Origin: Chrysomallon squamiferum
Lineage: Eukaryota; Animalia; Mollusca
Assembly (NCBI GenBank): GCA_012295275.1
Contig: CM022671.1
Coordinates: 23,064,001 to 23,128,000 of the forward strand
DNA length: 64,000 bases
Reading direction: 5' to 3'
The notes under the pieces are model-generated. The model searched no databases. It saw nothing but the letters and a program-made list of their open reading frames with translations, and had not been told where the DNA came from. How positions within the stretch are numbered: the stretch's first letter is position 1; each line of letters begins with the position of its first letter. This document shows, one piece after another, positions 1 to 30,545 of the stretch. The position numbers and the translations under genes are program-made.

Positions 1-1102
1 TAAATAAATAATTAAATAAAAATAATTAATTTAAACTAAAATAAATAAACAAACTAACAAATGAATAATTTAACAAATTAATAAATAAATTAGTATTATT
101 CTTTACCAGGTACACATCACGTGGTTTGGTGAAAGTATAAAAGGAAAATAAATAAATACAAAATACGTAAGTAAGAATAAAGTAAGAAATAATAACAGAC
201 AAACAAACAAAACAAAAAACTAACAAACATATCTACCATACTTAAACAGAGTACTACACCGTTAACGTTTGGAAATAACATATAATGTACCTTTATATCT
301 CCATGTATAGAGATGAACGAATACGTTTAAATTGTAATGAATATAAAATACAGATTAAAATTCATATACCAAACTTTGAATAAATATAACCGGATCTATT
401 AATACAGCACTAGATATAAAATGGATAATAAAATACATATTTAATATATTTACTATCATTATTATTATTTTCTTTTATATATATATAGATATATATAAAA
501 TTTTAACGTGCAGAGACACGTAACTATTTTTGTTCCCTCTCTCTTGTTTTGCCTGCTCTTACTTAGGTTATCAAATACTGAAATAGCATAGCTATAACAG
601 TTAACCTTTAACTCTAATAGTTCAGACTGTTACGTCAAGTGCTTTGTGTAGTAACCTTTGACAGAATATTATCAGTGAATGTAGTCCATAAAAAAGTTTT
701 AAAACTCTACTAAAACTCAGCACTTCAAAAGAAAACTGATATATTTTTATTTTTTTTAAGCTCCAGACGTCATTTGTTTTCAACTATGCTAAGATTAACA
801 ATGTTTTCGATTTACTCTACACAATAATTAATGAACTTTCAAAGAACATACCTGGTCGAACGGCAGAGCTATTAATTATTTTCACTCCAAAGCTTAACAA
901 TAGATCGAAGTGCGAGCTTAACAACGAAAACACGCTGAGGCATTCAGGAGTACTGGATGGAAAGATCAATACCTATTGTTATTTTGTAATCCATTTCCTA
1001 GACCTAGTTTGTGTACTGTAATATTTTTGGTAGACGTTGAAAGGTAAGTGCCCTCTGCTTGGGAATTTTAAAATAGTCGAATAAGTCACCAGAACCTAAA
1101 GG

Positions 1103-3758
<2,656 letters not shown>

Positions 3759-3799
3759 AACAACCACTGTTAGTCCCTTATTTATAACATTTAACATGC

Positions 3800-3859
<60 letters not shown>

Positions 3860-4056
3860 AAAATATTTGTTACCACCTGCTGTTTTTTTAAATAAAATTA
3901 AGATTATTTTGAAGGTCATGTGTAGTGAACGTATTGAGTGGGTGGTTACAAAATTATCTGTTGAAGTTGCAAACTACAGGTTCTGCAAAAAAGAACAATA
4001 ACGTTTTAATACATGTTTGCTTTATTCGGTTATCGAGTGAAACACTGACATACAAA

Positions 4057-4180
<124 letters not shown>

Positions 4181-5149
4181 AAAGACGTAAACATTAAATA
4201 ATAATAAAAATAAATACAGAATTGGTAATTAATGTTTATTGATTAGGATGAATTCGTCTTCCTGAAGCCATTTGTCAACACAAAGAGAAACCTTTTACAT
4301 AAAATGTAACAGAAGTTGAAGTAAGTGAAATTCTCTTAAAATCTCTTTACTAAGGTTACACTTTGACGTAATGTAACACTAATGAGATAAGCAGTTTGTC
4401 ATAAGAAAACTCTTTGTCCCTGTGGCATTTTCAATTCCACTGGTAAATTATTTATTAAGTAAGAAACCGTACATCGTGTATCCTGAAGGTAGTTCAGATT
4501 TTGATCCAAGGTAAAGAATATTTGTACTCATCTTTTTGACGAACTTGACAGAGATATAAAAAATATATGCCTTCTCCTCACATTTTTATATTTCAATTAC
4601 AGAGCATCCACTAGAACGGGAAATTGTAGTAAAAGTTGTCATTGTGTTAGTTCTTGTGATAATAATAAAAACTGTAGTGCTAACAATATAAATAACAGCA
4701 TGAATAGCAATAGTAGTGTTAGTAATTATTCCATCAGAGTAGTCGTACTAGTGGTGGTAGTAGAAGTAGTAGTAGTAGTAGCAGTATGAGCAGTAATAGT
4801 TAATGATCTTAGTAATAGAAATTTGACTTTGTTTCTAGACTATCAAAAGATAAGTAAGAGAATTGGCCTCAATAACAGTAGTAGTAGTTGTTGTTGTTGT
4901 CGTAGTTGCAGTAACATTAAAATCAGATCAGCAGTAACACCAGAAGTATTTGCAGTTGTAATTGTTGTAATTTATGATAAAAATCTTCCAGTTTTGTGTA
5001 TTTTTAGATATATATATATATATATATTCATTCATCTAAAGCTAAACACTATTCAAAGATACAATAAACACAAAACTGTGGTTTGACTACGTTTATTGCA
5101 ATGCATAACCAGGAACAATACTTCGTGTTGTCCTACGAGTACTGGTGAG

Positions 5150-18619
<13,470 letters not shown>

Positions 18620-19437
18620 GTCTTTATCTAGCGACGACTGTTCTTTACTAACAGGACGCCGAGTGTGTGAACGAAGCAGATGTCGTCAATCCTATCACAC
18701 TGCGAGGCCAATAGCCCCACCTCTCGATACTCGATAGAGAGAGAAAAATCGCAATGACGTCACAGTATATAATAACATCCAGTATTAAGTTTGCATCTAG
18801 TTGACAGGTTTTCTAAATAATCATAATAAAATCACAGCCCATACGTGATTTTTAATTATTTTTTTTCAGTATTTATTTTTGGTTGGAGATATTTGCTTTC
18901 TGTGATCAGAACATAATGTAAAATAACTGGATTTTTTTTTTTTTTTTTTTTTTGTTGTTATGAAAGGAAAGCAGGACTGAAGTGATTTTAAGAGCAGCTC
19001 TTGAGAAAGAGGTAACTGAGCGGGTTTTGTCGAGTAAAGAGGACCATCATGTGATAACCAATTTCTAGCAACCGATGACCACAATCCGCCGTCAGGCACC
19101 ACGCACTGCTTGATGCATTAAATTGCTGTTAATGAACAAGTGGTCGATTCTGGTAACATGATAGGAAAATTCCGATCTTATTAAAACCTGTCTTGTAAGA
19201 GCGGTGATTCAGTTGGTCTGTAATAATTTTGAGGTATTGCATAACAAACACATACAGACAGACAGACAGACAGACAGACACACACACACACACACACACT
19301 GAAAGACACACGAACGTACAGAAATAGAGAGCGACAGTGAAATAGAAAGAGAAAGAGAGAGAGTAAGTTTTCCAAATCTTTATAATGAATAAGCAAAAAT
19401 AAAACACTGCATATATAAGGGTTACAGTCTAACAAAG

Positions 19438-19469
<32 letters not shown>

Positions 19470-19717
19470 TTGCCTTGAATTTATTATTACCATTTCACTG
19501 CCGTAAAAATATACTGATTCTTATTTTAATAACTGTCACTGTTTAAAGTCTGCTTGACAAAAGCGTGAAAATAATGCATCACAAAGATTGATTCATTCAT
19601 AATACGAACGGTTTTTAAGTACCATTCAGTTACATCATGCTTTTCAGCAAACAGTCACGTGGCACGTGCTAAACGTTAATAAGTTTAAACACACTAATTG
19701 TTTATTATAAGTGAAAG

Positions 19718-19773
19718 TTAATTCAGTACAAGAAAAAAAAGAAAAAGATTATACATGATTGAAATATTGTTGA

Positions 19774-19809
<36 letters not shown>

Positions 19810-20218
19810 TTTGGAACAGATAACGTTGTTATTTCAGTCCATGTTTTTGTACTTTAGATTCATTTCGATATTTACGAGAAACATACACATTTGTTCACGT
19901 GGATAGATAGACAGATAGATATATAGATAGATACATAGATGGACAGATAGCTCATTTGTCTGTCTGTGTCTAATACATTTAACAAAAATGTGTGTATCAA
20001 TCGATTACGTGTGTTGGTAATTGCGATTATTGTTTAACCATGAACTTTTAAAGGTACATATGTGTCTCTATGAGTCAGTCACGTGTATTATTTTATGATA
20101 AAAAGTGAGGTAAGAAATGAACGAAATAATCTGGTAGTTTGACATTTCAGAAATAGATATCGCCAATTTTTTAGAAAAAAAAAATTAAATTAATTTTTTT
20201 TCTTTTTCCTTTCTTTAT

Positions 20219-20273
<55 letters not shown>

Positions 20274-21033
20274 ACTTACTTAACACTTCTTTAATGGAAT
20301 AATTAAGAAATTAGGGAAAAATTCTTTCTTTTTATGATTTGGAAACTGATATACCACAAATAATTATATCTGTGTGAATGAATATAGTTATAGAAAAATT
20401 CGGAAACGTTAACCTACATGTTGGTTATTATTTGGTTGCCTCGATGTAAAAAATTTATAAATGATAGTTATATGACTTCACAGTTATACAATGCTGTACA
20501 GGGAAAGTGCCATTCCTTTTAATAACTGAACTCATGAGGTCACGTTTAAATAAAAATACTCCATTTTAATGTAGACCCTGACGGGATATAATCATTTTAC
20601 TAAACTGAAAAGTAATAAATAAATAAATAAATAAATAATATGGAACATTATAATGATGATAAATAAACAACGTAGATGAAAAAGATGATTTTTAAGCAAT
20701 AAAATAAAACTGTTGTGATCGATTCATCTTCTCTCCATAACATAAACAACATATATAAATAAATAAAAATAAATGATACATATTTTTATAACTTTTGAAA
20801 TATAATGACAGATTTTTTAACTGAAAGCTGTATTATATATATTTCTTTGTATCTTACTATGTATTCTGTGGTAGGCTTAATTATGATTGTACACAACTAT
20901 CTGCCTTATGTTTAATTCGGATTTAATTCAGTACAAGAAAACAATAAAAAGATTATACATGATTGAAATATTGCTGACATTAGTATAATAAATAGATAAG
21001 TAAAAGACAAGAAGCAAAAATAAGAAAACAGTA

Positions 21034-21075
<42 letters not shown>

Positions 21076-21724
21076 TTTGGAACAGATAACGTTGTTATTT
21101 CAGTCCATGTTTTTTTACTTTAGATTCATTTCGATATTTACGAGAAACATACACATTTGTTCACGTGGATAGATAGATAGATAGATAGATATATACATAG
21201 ATAGATGGACAGATAGATAGCTCATTTGTCTGTCTGTGTCTAATATATTTAACAAAAATGTGTGTATCAATCGATTATACATTGCTGTACAGGGAAAGTG
21301 CCATTCCTTTTAATGGCTGAACTGATGGGGCCATGTTTAAATAAAAATACTCCATTTTAATGTAGACATTGACGGGATATAATCATTTTACTAAACTGAA
21401 AAGTAATAAATAAATAAATAAATAAATAAATAAGTAAGTAATATGGAGCATTATAATGATGATAAATAAACAACGTAGATGAAAAAGATGATTTTTAAGC
21501 AGTAAAATAAAATTGTTGTGATAGTTTCATCTTCTGTCCATAATATAAACAATATATATAAATAAATAAAAATAAATGATAAATATGTTTACAATTTCTT
21601 AAATATAATGACAGATTTATTAGTTGAAAACTGTATTATATTTCTTTGTATCTTACTATGTATTCTGTGGTAGGCTTAATTACGATTATGCACAACTATA
21701 TGCCTTATGTTTTAATTCGGATTT
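19718..21724 (+). repeat. Local tandem duplication (unit 1 ~19718-20922, unit 2 ~20923-21724; unit 2 lacks ~480 bp)
   Basis: TAATTCAGTACAAGAAA…ATCAATCGATTA occurs at ~19718-20008 and ~20925-21277. TGCTGTACAGGGAAAGTGCC…TTAATTCGGATTT occurs at ~20492-20922 and ~21283-21724. Segment ~20009-20490 is present only in unit 1. Confidence 0.9.
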
Positions 21725-22493
21725 TAAGTTTTACATAAATATTGAACAGAAGCAGCGTCATAATATTCGTGTATTTTTCAGGAAAAGGAGGAAATTACTG
21801 GATAAGAATTTCTTCTTTGTTGTATGTTGTATTTCCGGATCGTGTGAGGTTGTATTCCTGTTACTATTTAAAATGGTGTGATCGTCCTGATCACCCGATC
21901 ATCATCATGTTGACGTGGAATAAATATTTGTTGATATCTAACATTTTAAGAAATACGTAAGATTACATTTTTGTCCTTTTCTTTCCATTAATAGATATAA
22001 TAAAAAATTAAAGTTTCATAGATAAATAATAAAATATTTATTTATTTATTTATTTTTGAATGACTTTGTTTATTTGTTTATTTTATTTTATTTACAGTAA
22101 AAAGTAATAATCATGATCATAGACAGTTTTGAAAAAATAAAATTCTGGTACACTTTAATACTTCTAATAATTAATTATAAGTTAATTATTAAAGATATTG
22201 ATACAAATGGTATTAGTAATGTGTAATTGAATTAACAAATTGTTCGAATGTGTAAAAGAAAGCGCCATCAATGAAAGATTTAGTTTTAATTAATGTGAAA
22301 GCTGAGCTGAGAGAAATGTTACTCTTTAATAACATTTTATATAAATATTTAATACAAGTATAAATTTTAAAAGTTATTGCAGCAATATGTTAACTCGACA
22401 GTTATTCAAGCACATATGACGGGCTGATAGACATTAGTCATTAGTTTCCGTGTTCTGTCAGATTGCTGAAAAGAAAGACATCACATCAGCAGA

Positions 22494-22687
22494 ATGTATA
22501 GAGAGGTAGGTTAAGTTACTTAGCTTTAATTAACATATAATGGATGATATTGTTTTCTCTATTTTCTGTTCTGTTAATATGTTATTTTGAAATTAATAAT
22601 AATGTTGGAAAATAATAATAATAAAATTTAATAATTAAAAGAAAAGATTAAAAAATAAATAAATAAATTGATGTTTTACAGATGCAA

Positions 22688-22742
<55 letters not shown>

Positions 22743-23575
22743 CAGTATTCAAAATATTATTTTCAGTTTAAAAAGCTCATAAAGGCATCAGCTGAAACCC
22801 CGAGATCAGTCAGTTCTGGGATTCAGTCAAGCACATCATCTACAAGCTTTGCTAACAAACATGAAGAACTGAAGGATAAAACAAGGACATTGCTAAGTCA
22901 ACAGTGCAGCCAGTCACCAAAAGATGTCATGATCAGCTACAGCCACGCAGACAGAGATGTTATGTTGAAAATTAAAGGTTTAATTTGAAATTTTCATTAC
23001 GTTACTATTCTATTGCGAATTTGTTTGAAAGACTTCTTGTAATTTGAAACATGGTCAGTGTTTCAATATTCCCTTCTGTATGTTTTATTTTCTGACATGA
23101 AAGGCTGAAATCTGTTTTAAAAGCAACCGTTCTTTTTTTCTTTTTTTTTGTAACTTTTATGGGGGCAGCCAGAAATCTTAAATTTACTCTATCTCACACT
23201 TCTTTTCATTTATTAATACTATTGTTTCTTCTTATTATTATTACATTTGTTTAAAAATGCTGTAAACTATTATTCATTAGGTTATACAAACTAAAATAAT
23301 AATTGTTTACATAAACCTGGATCAGATTATAAAATTAAAACATGTTCTGTTCATTCATACTTTATGTTTCTGTAATGAATTTTCAGAAAAACTAGAAAAC
23401 AGTGATATTTCTGTTTGGGTTGATGTCTCATCAATTCGAGTGGGAGCAGATTTTCTCAGCAAGATAGGACAAGCAATAATAGATGCAAAGGTGAGACAGC
23501 AACAGTCTGATATGTTGATATTTAAATTCAACATATAACTATCTAATATTACTTTTAAATTACATAAAACAAATC

Positions 23576-23626
<51 letters not shown>

Positions 23627-26600
23627 TAGCAGTTCAGACTTTTACTAGTTTTAGTTATTGTAAGTCAAAAAAATTAATATGTCACTAAAATAATATGAAT
23701 GTTGAGATTAGATGAAAATGTAATGTTAATGCAAGTAGTCTCCCTTTGAGAATATATTTTTACCGTATCAAATTCATTTCTTTCCCAATGAGATAAACCA
23801 TAGATATAATCCCATATAACTGAGACAGTGTCAGCCGTTTTCATACCAAAATACATTATTTCAACTTGCCTCAATGTTTTTATTGTCTTCTCATTTCACA
23901 TAGCCTTCATGGATACTAAAAATTAAACTGAAATTTTGCAGATATTTTTGATTTTTATTATTATTATTATTTTTAATTTAAATATAAAAAAAAATATATT
24001 TTTATTTATTAATAAAAAGATGTTTGGACACTTCTCTTTCTTACTTTTTTTGTTTTCTTTCAGATTTTAATTTCTGTTTTAAGTAAAACATCAGTGAAAT
24101 CAAAATTCTGCCGAGATGAACTTGCACTGGGCTACATCTCGGATTGTGCCATATTTCCAGTATCACTGGAAACAGAAGAAACACTTTACCCTCTCATGGA
24201 TACTGGCATGTTTGTATAGTTTGTGTATTTGTTATGATCCATGTAATTGCTAATAGCAGTCATCATTGTGTATATTTGCTGGGTTGGGTTTCTGTGGGGT
24301 TTTTTGTTATGGAATTGATTTCTTTCTCAATGTTAATATGCTAGAGAAAATGCCATGGACACAATTCTTTCATAGGATTTGTTTGACAGCAAACATTTGA
24401 TTAATTACAATTTTGGTAAAAATTCAGACCTGTTAATGTGTTAAAATTATAATTTCTTTTATTGTGTTATTGTTTAAGAATGCTACAAAACTATTTTAGT
24501 ATTAAGTTATCATTTCATTTGACCTATTGATGATATTTCAACCTTCATTTTAAAGAAAAACAACAACAATAAAAACAACAACAGTGTTTATATGCATTAG
24601 TAACAAAACAAAACAAAGCAAAACTTTATGCCTTGGAAGCTCAGATAAAATCAAATATGACAAATGAAAATTAAGAATATTTCCCTGAAAAACATGATAA
24701 AAGATGGGTTTTTTTGTTGCAGGAAATTACAGCTGGCTAGTTATCCCTGGCTGTTGGTAAATGACCCAGACACTTTAGATGCAGTTTTAGATGAACTGGT
24801 AATTAACATCAAAGAAGAACTTATAAGAAAGGAAGGATTGGTGGATGAGAAAACAAAAAATGATGGTAATAATTTTTATCTTTTAAAAAAAAAAATGTTT
24901 TTATTTATTTATTTGTTTATTGATTATTATTACCAATCTTGATGTATAATTCATAATTAATGAAAAGAGGACATAACTGTAAGAATTATAATCTAAGAAG
25001 AAGTTTATGATTCTTGCTTGGTTGATCACAAGATCAGTACTCCAAACATTTGTTTGGTGTTACTATTCCAGCCTTAACTATGTCTGGTTTATTGAAAGGC
25101 TGTGATGTTTGCCATCACATCTTTGGAACAATGCATTATCAAAATTGTTGCTGGTAATGGACACAGGTAACTTGGAATATTTGCACTGATTTTTCCCTCA
25201 TGTTGTTAGGAAGCTTATTACTGACCTGTCATAATCTCATAGTTATTAATATTTAAAAATACTGAGGTGTAATTTGCATAATTTAAAGTTTCAGTGAAGA
25301 CAAGACCAAAGTTACAGAGACAGAACACAAGACAGAACATAAACAGACATCGGATGAAACAGACAAATGATGATGAAACGTCTATCAAGCCAGAAAAATT
25401 CTGGAATGATCACTACACTTCAAACACCGTAACATGGAAAAAGTAAGTAATTTGAAAAAAATAACACAGCATAAAGTACTATGTATGTTGTATTAGAAAA
25501 TAGTATGTATATTTTTACATATATTGCAATATAAAATGTCACGTTTATTGAAAAATAAATATTATATATATAGTAATATAAAATATTATATATATAGTAA
25601 TATAAAAATCATATATTGTATAAAATATGTATTCTAATATAAAATATAATGTTTGCTTTATTATAAAATATGATTCTCTAATATAAAAATATATATGCAA
25701 TATAAAATAAATTATCACATATATACATAAGTATATAAAATACATATTAATGTTTACATTTTTTAGTATAAAATATGATGTTCACTGTAGTATAGAAAAA
25801 TATTGCAAAATAAATTGTCCTGTATTGTTAAAAAATATAATATAAATATCATGTGAAATATAAAATAGAAGTTTAAAATATATATACAGTATAAAATATG
25901 CATTGTTTTTAGTATAAATTATTGTGTATACTGTAATAAGAATTGGAATATAATATATGTTGCAGTATAAAATATAAGATTTATATATTATTATGATAGT
26001 GAAATATGAAAAATGGACAAAATGATAATTTTATTCTTTAAAAAAAGAAATTCAGGATTTATTTTTTCTCTGAAAGTTGAATTTTACAGATTGTTACAGC
26101 AAGGATTTTTTTTTTCTATCAAAGGCTGCAGTTTGTGCTTTCTTGACTAAAAGAAAATGCAGCTAAAAGATTCCTTGCTGCTAATCATTAAGAATAGTTT
26201 ATAGCATTTCTTTAGATTTCTTCTGTCTCATTATCATTACATCAACACAAACCTACCAAATAAACACAACAATGAAATTTTCTAAATAATTATATATTAA
26301 TATGTTAGGTTGTTTTATATAAAACTGTATTCATTAACAATAGTTAAAATATAAATTCAAATACACAAATAGATATTTGCTTCCATTTTTGTTAGTATAA
26401 GGTGAACTTTTTTCTGCAGGTTTGTCAGTGACTTCATGGACTTGTACAAAAAACATTTAGAGAAAACATACACAGCAGCTGACCAGATCTGGTTAATGAG
26501 TATTCTACGAAGAGAGATGGAAGTTGGTGATGATGGAATTCTAGAGAAAGAAAAATTAATAGGTTTACTTTTAATATAAACCATATTCACTCAAAACACA

Positions 26601-28331
26601 CAGACACAGAGAGACATAGACACAACATAGACATTTGCATCAACAAACATAAATACACATGTAAGACATACACATTCATATTTCATGTAATAAGAAAATT
26701 TGACAATATTTATTTATAAGAATAAGAAGAGGTTGTCTAGTTTCATAAAACAGTGATAATATTCATTGTGCATTTTTATTTATGTTTTGTTATTTTTTCT
26801 TATCAATCATTGAAATAAAGTTGAATCTGGATTATTTTAGAGTATGAAAATAAAAGGCAATTACTAACTATCCAGTAACCAACAATTGCAGGTTAATTTA
26901 TAAAGAATGGAATAAAATAAATAATAAAGAAGAGATGGTAACTAGTCAATTCATTTCCAGCTAAATAATTTTTAAAGAATGGAAGGGAAATGTTTACTGA
27001 ATTATGACTGATTTTAGTTTTTGCTAAAAGTTTTTTTGAAATGGATATTTGTAGATTTTTGCACACTTGGTAATGAAGAATATCCTCTGTGGGTACGAGC
27101 ACAAGACCAGGCTCTGGAAAGTCTGTCTATGAAAGGAGTGTTTGATATGAATTCTTCTGTTAGAGTCGAAGCTATTGAGAATTTAGGTAAGTTTAGGAAA
27201 GAGTGAAGTACCTAGAAAAATTCAAGAATAATCAATGTATATTTGTGTATGTGTGTGTGTCTATATTTATATATTTTACAGCATATGTCAAAGTATGGCT
27301 TTGCAATAATAATAATAAATAACAAAAGCCACAAGCAGAAATCTAGCAAACTGTGGAAATGTATTCTTCCAAATGCTACCTGTTTTACAGTTACAATTAA
27401 CCTCAGATGAATTGTTTCAGGTAAATATCGAAGTCCAGCAGTTATTCAAGCACTGCATGATTTGCTGACTGACCCTGATGCCAATGTCCGAGCTGTTGCT
27501 GCTGTGTCGCTAGCCAGGACCAATGAGGGTGATGACTACACCATTGACTGTATTATGAATGTACTAAATGACATGGACAGACTGGTTCGAGAAGCTGGGT
27601 GTCTGGCTCTCGGTCATTTACGGGCTAAAGCTGCTGTTAAAAAACTTCTGCAAATGTGGTAAGTCATTTACAAACTTGTTTCAGAGATAGACACAAAATT
27701 TCTTTTAAAACGGTTTATTTATTGAAGTAAATATTATTTGAGGTGAAATATTTGGTGGTTCTAAGTTTATTGATGTATGGAAATCAAATAGATAATTACA
27801 TCTTACTTGTAAAGACGAGTTTAAAACAAGGAAGATAACTTGGTCCACACCTCTGTAATTCTTCCTCTGCATTTGTATACATTTCATATAACTGTACATG
27901 TTTATGCTAGTTATATTTATCAAAAATATATTTGTGCATCCAAAAGAAACTGAACTGAAATTTTAATTTTGTTGCAGATAAAGAATATAGTATAAGAAAA
28001 AATATTCATTAACAATTCTGTAACATTATGATTTCTACATACAAAAACTTTAATTAAATAGTGGAAAACTATTTACCAGTAATAAGTGAATCAAACCAGG
28101 TTTGTTTATTTTTGCAATTTATGAAAGTGAAGTGATATACTTCAAGTGTCATGTTATGTTGTGATATAAATATTTTTAACACTTTGATTTGTTTTCAGGC
28201 GAAACGATGTTATATCTCATGTGAGAGAAGCAGCTTTTGTTGCCCTGCAGCAGATAGGAGGTCCAGAAGTGGAGAAAGAAATGCATGTCACTAAAGTTTT
28301 AGCAGACGAAATCAGACAACTCACAAAATAA
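22494..28331 (+). CDS. TIR-domain + EF-hand-like + HEAT-repeat protein, paralog A (~469 aa)
   Basis: Exons: putative 22494-22505 (MYRE), 22767-22977, 23387-23490, 24064-24209, 24723-24865, 25295-25442, 26420-26562, 27055-27186, 27421-27658, 28199-28331 (TAA). Sum 1410 nt, in frame. TIR: DVMISYSHAD…VWVD…GADFLSKIGQAIIDAK…SKFCRDELA…IFPV. HEAT: DPDANVRAVAAVSLA, DMDRLVREAGCLALGHL, HVREAAFVALQQIGG. The start exon is the least certain part. Confidence 0.88.
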
Positions 28332-29525
28332 TTTTCACTCTTTGACTTTAATTACATTTATCTAAGTGTATTTTAAGATGAAAAAACGAGAAAAAAACCC
28401 CAGCCTCTTGAGGTATATGAATCTGTTTATACTAGCTCAAGATGTTACTCATTTCAAAAGTCATGACAGTTTAAAATAGTGCTATGAAATATGATGTATT
28501 TTTAAGGTGTAATGAAATGTACTTGTTCACAACTCATACTCACCTGGTTCAACTCTATTTTTTTTATTTTTCTAAGCTTACAGCTAAGCTGATATTTGTG
28601 GAATTGTGCCTTGTAAAAATTAGTATCTATATACAATTCAAAGTCTGTTATGATTACATTTCACATTTTTATTTACTGAATTTGATATTGTGCAGTACTG
28701 GGTACTAATGCTTTATATTTATTCTCAGAGAAAAACTTTTAGAAGTGACAAGAAGTTCTTTTTATAACAGTGTGATTGATGACATAAAAATCTAAAATAT
28801 TTAATGTTATAGATTTTCCTCAGAAAATACTTCTCATGGATTACAAAATATTTTTTCCTAGCATGTCATATAAATTTGATTTAATTTTCATATAATAGTG
28901 TAATATTTTCTTGACTGCAATTTGTAAGACTTATTTTATAATGTATATTTACTCACACATTCAGTTCAGCTCATTATTTCCTTTAAGGGAAAAACAAACC
29001 TCAAAATCAGGTTATTTAAATTTTTATTGTTTGTCAAATGTTTATTATGACTATCATGTGAAAGTACGAGAGTTTCTTTATCATAAAGTATTTTTATTAT
29101 TATTATAATTTTATTTCTGTTTTTCATTTACATGACACTGGGTTTTATTTCCCATAGTATAAATCTATTTTAAATAACAAATTTCTGTGAAGGGTTTAAT
29201 ATACATTTAATAAAGGGATTGACATTTTGTATGAAAACATGTTGATACATTTTATGTACTGGATTGCAAAAATTATTTTTATGCGTGTGTTTGTTTACAC
29301 TATTTTTTTTCATTATATTCAAATCATTAACAAACTGCAATATTTTATATACATGATTGTATTTGAAATTTTATATACATGACTGTATTTAAAATGTTTT
29401 CTTCTGATTATTAATATTCTTTTGTATTATTGTTGTTGTTGTTTTTTTGTTTTTTTTAATAATGTGTCATCTATTTATGCCATTTAAAATTGCTACATCA
29501 TACCACTATCTGATGACATGTGCAC

Positions 29526-29565
<40 letters not shown>

Positions 29566-30259
29566 ACTCTTAGCGGAGTTTTCAAAAAATAATTTTTAGA
29601 CTCATAAACCTTTATCATTTTTTCAGTAACACCACTGAAAGGAAAATTCCATCTTACAGAATCTCATAAATTTCCAGTTACATTATTAAGGTAACCAAAA
29701 TATCAATGGATTGATTATATTCAAGAATCAATCCATCCCAACTTGCAAAGATCAATATTCAGTTTGGAGTCTGAATATAGTCTCGACATCAATGAAATGA
29801 AAATTTTATTTTACAGATTCTAATCGGACATTTGATGAAACATTTTCAAAACTGGGAAAAGAAAACATTTAGTATTATATTGAACTATTCAAGAAATTAA
29901 TGTATAATGATATATCCTGCCTATGTGAAATAACAAGTACATCATTGACTTTTCAAGAATAATTAACTAGACTAAATTTTCAAATGCTTTCATTAAGACA
30001 AAGAGTGCAGTTTCTACAATATCACACAGTTTGAACTGTCTCAGTAGATTCACTGTCACAGTGAGTGTGAAAATTATTGAACTGCTAATTTGTTCTATTT
30101 GTTAATTGATGAAAATCATTTGTGGACCAATCATTATCAAAGAAAGTTAAATCTAAGACCCTAAGTAAAATTTTATTATACAGTGTAGAATTCTACCATC
30201 TGCTTCTCTTTCTCCACCTACTCATCACCAAAGTATGGTATAGCTTATTCTCTTAAGGC

Positions 30260-30545
30260 ACTGGAAGGACTGGGATAAGGCAGAAAATATTTACTAAATA
30301 CTGTGCTGGACTGGGTAAGGACCTGCTGAAGGCCCTATCTTGGATTCCCATGGAAATGTCCTTGGCTATGGAAGCAATGAAGGAAGCCAACTTACTTGTC
30401 GAAGACCCTGACCTGCACATGCTGGAACTCGCAGAAAATAGACATAAAGTCTTTCTGTGGAACAGAGGATTGAAGCAGACTGAGTTGATCATGTCCCTGT
30501 CTTGGATGCACTGAAAGGTGATATTAAGGCAGAAAAGAGCATACC
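30260..30545 (+). mobile_element. Possible degenerate non-LTR retrotransposon (RTE-like) 3' fragment
   Basis: GC-richer island between paralogs A and B. Broken frames give peptides loosely reminiscent of RTE ORF2 C-termini (RRP…KIDIKSF…LKGDIKAEK). No intact ORF or splice context. Confidence 0.25.

Noticed and set aside
30253-30492. 79-aa minus-strand ORF between paralogs A and B as an extra gene
   Set aside because: No splice context or recognisable motif. It is better explained as decayed retroelement sequence.
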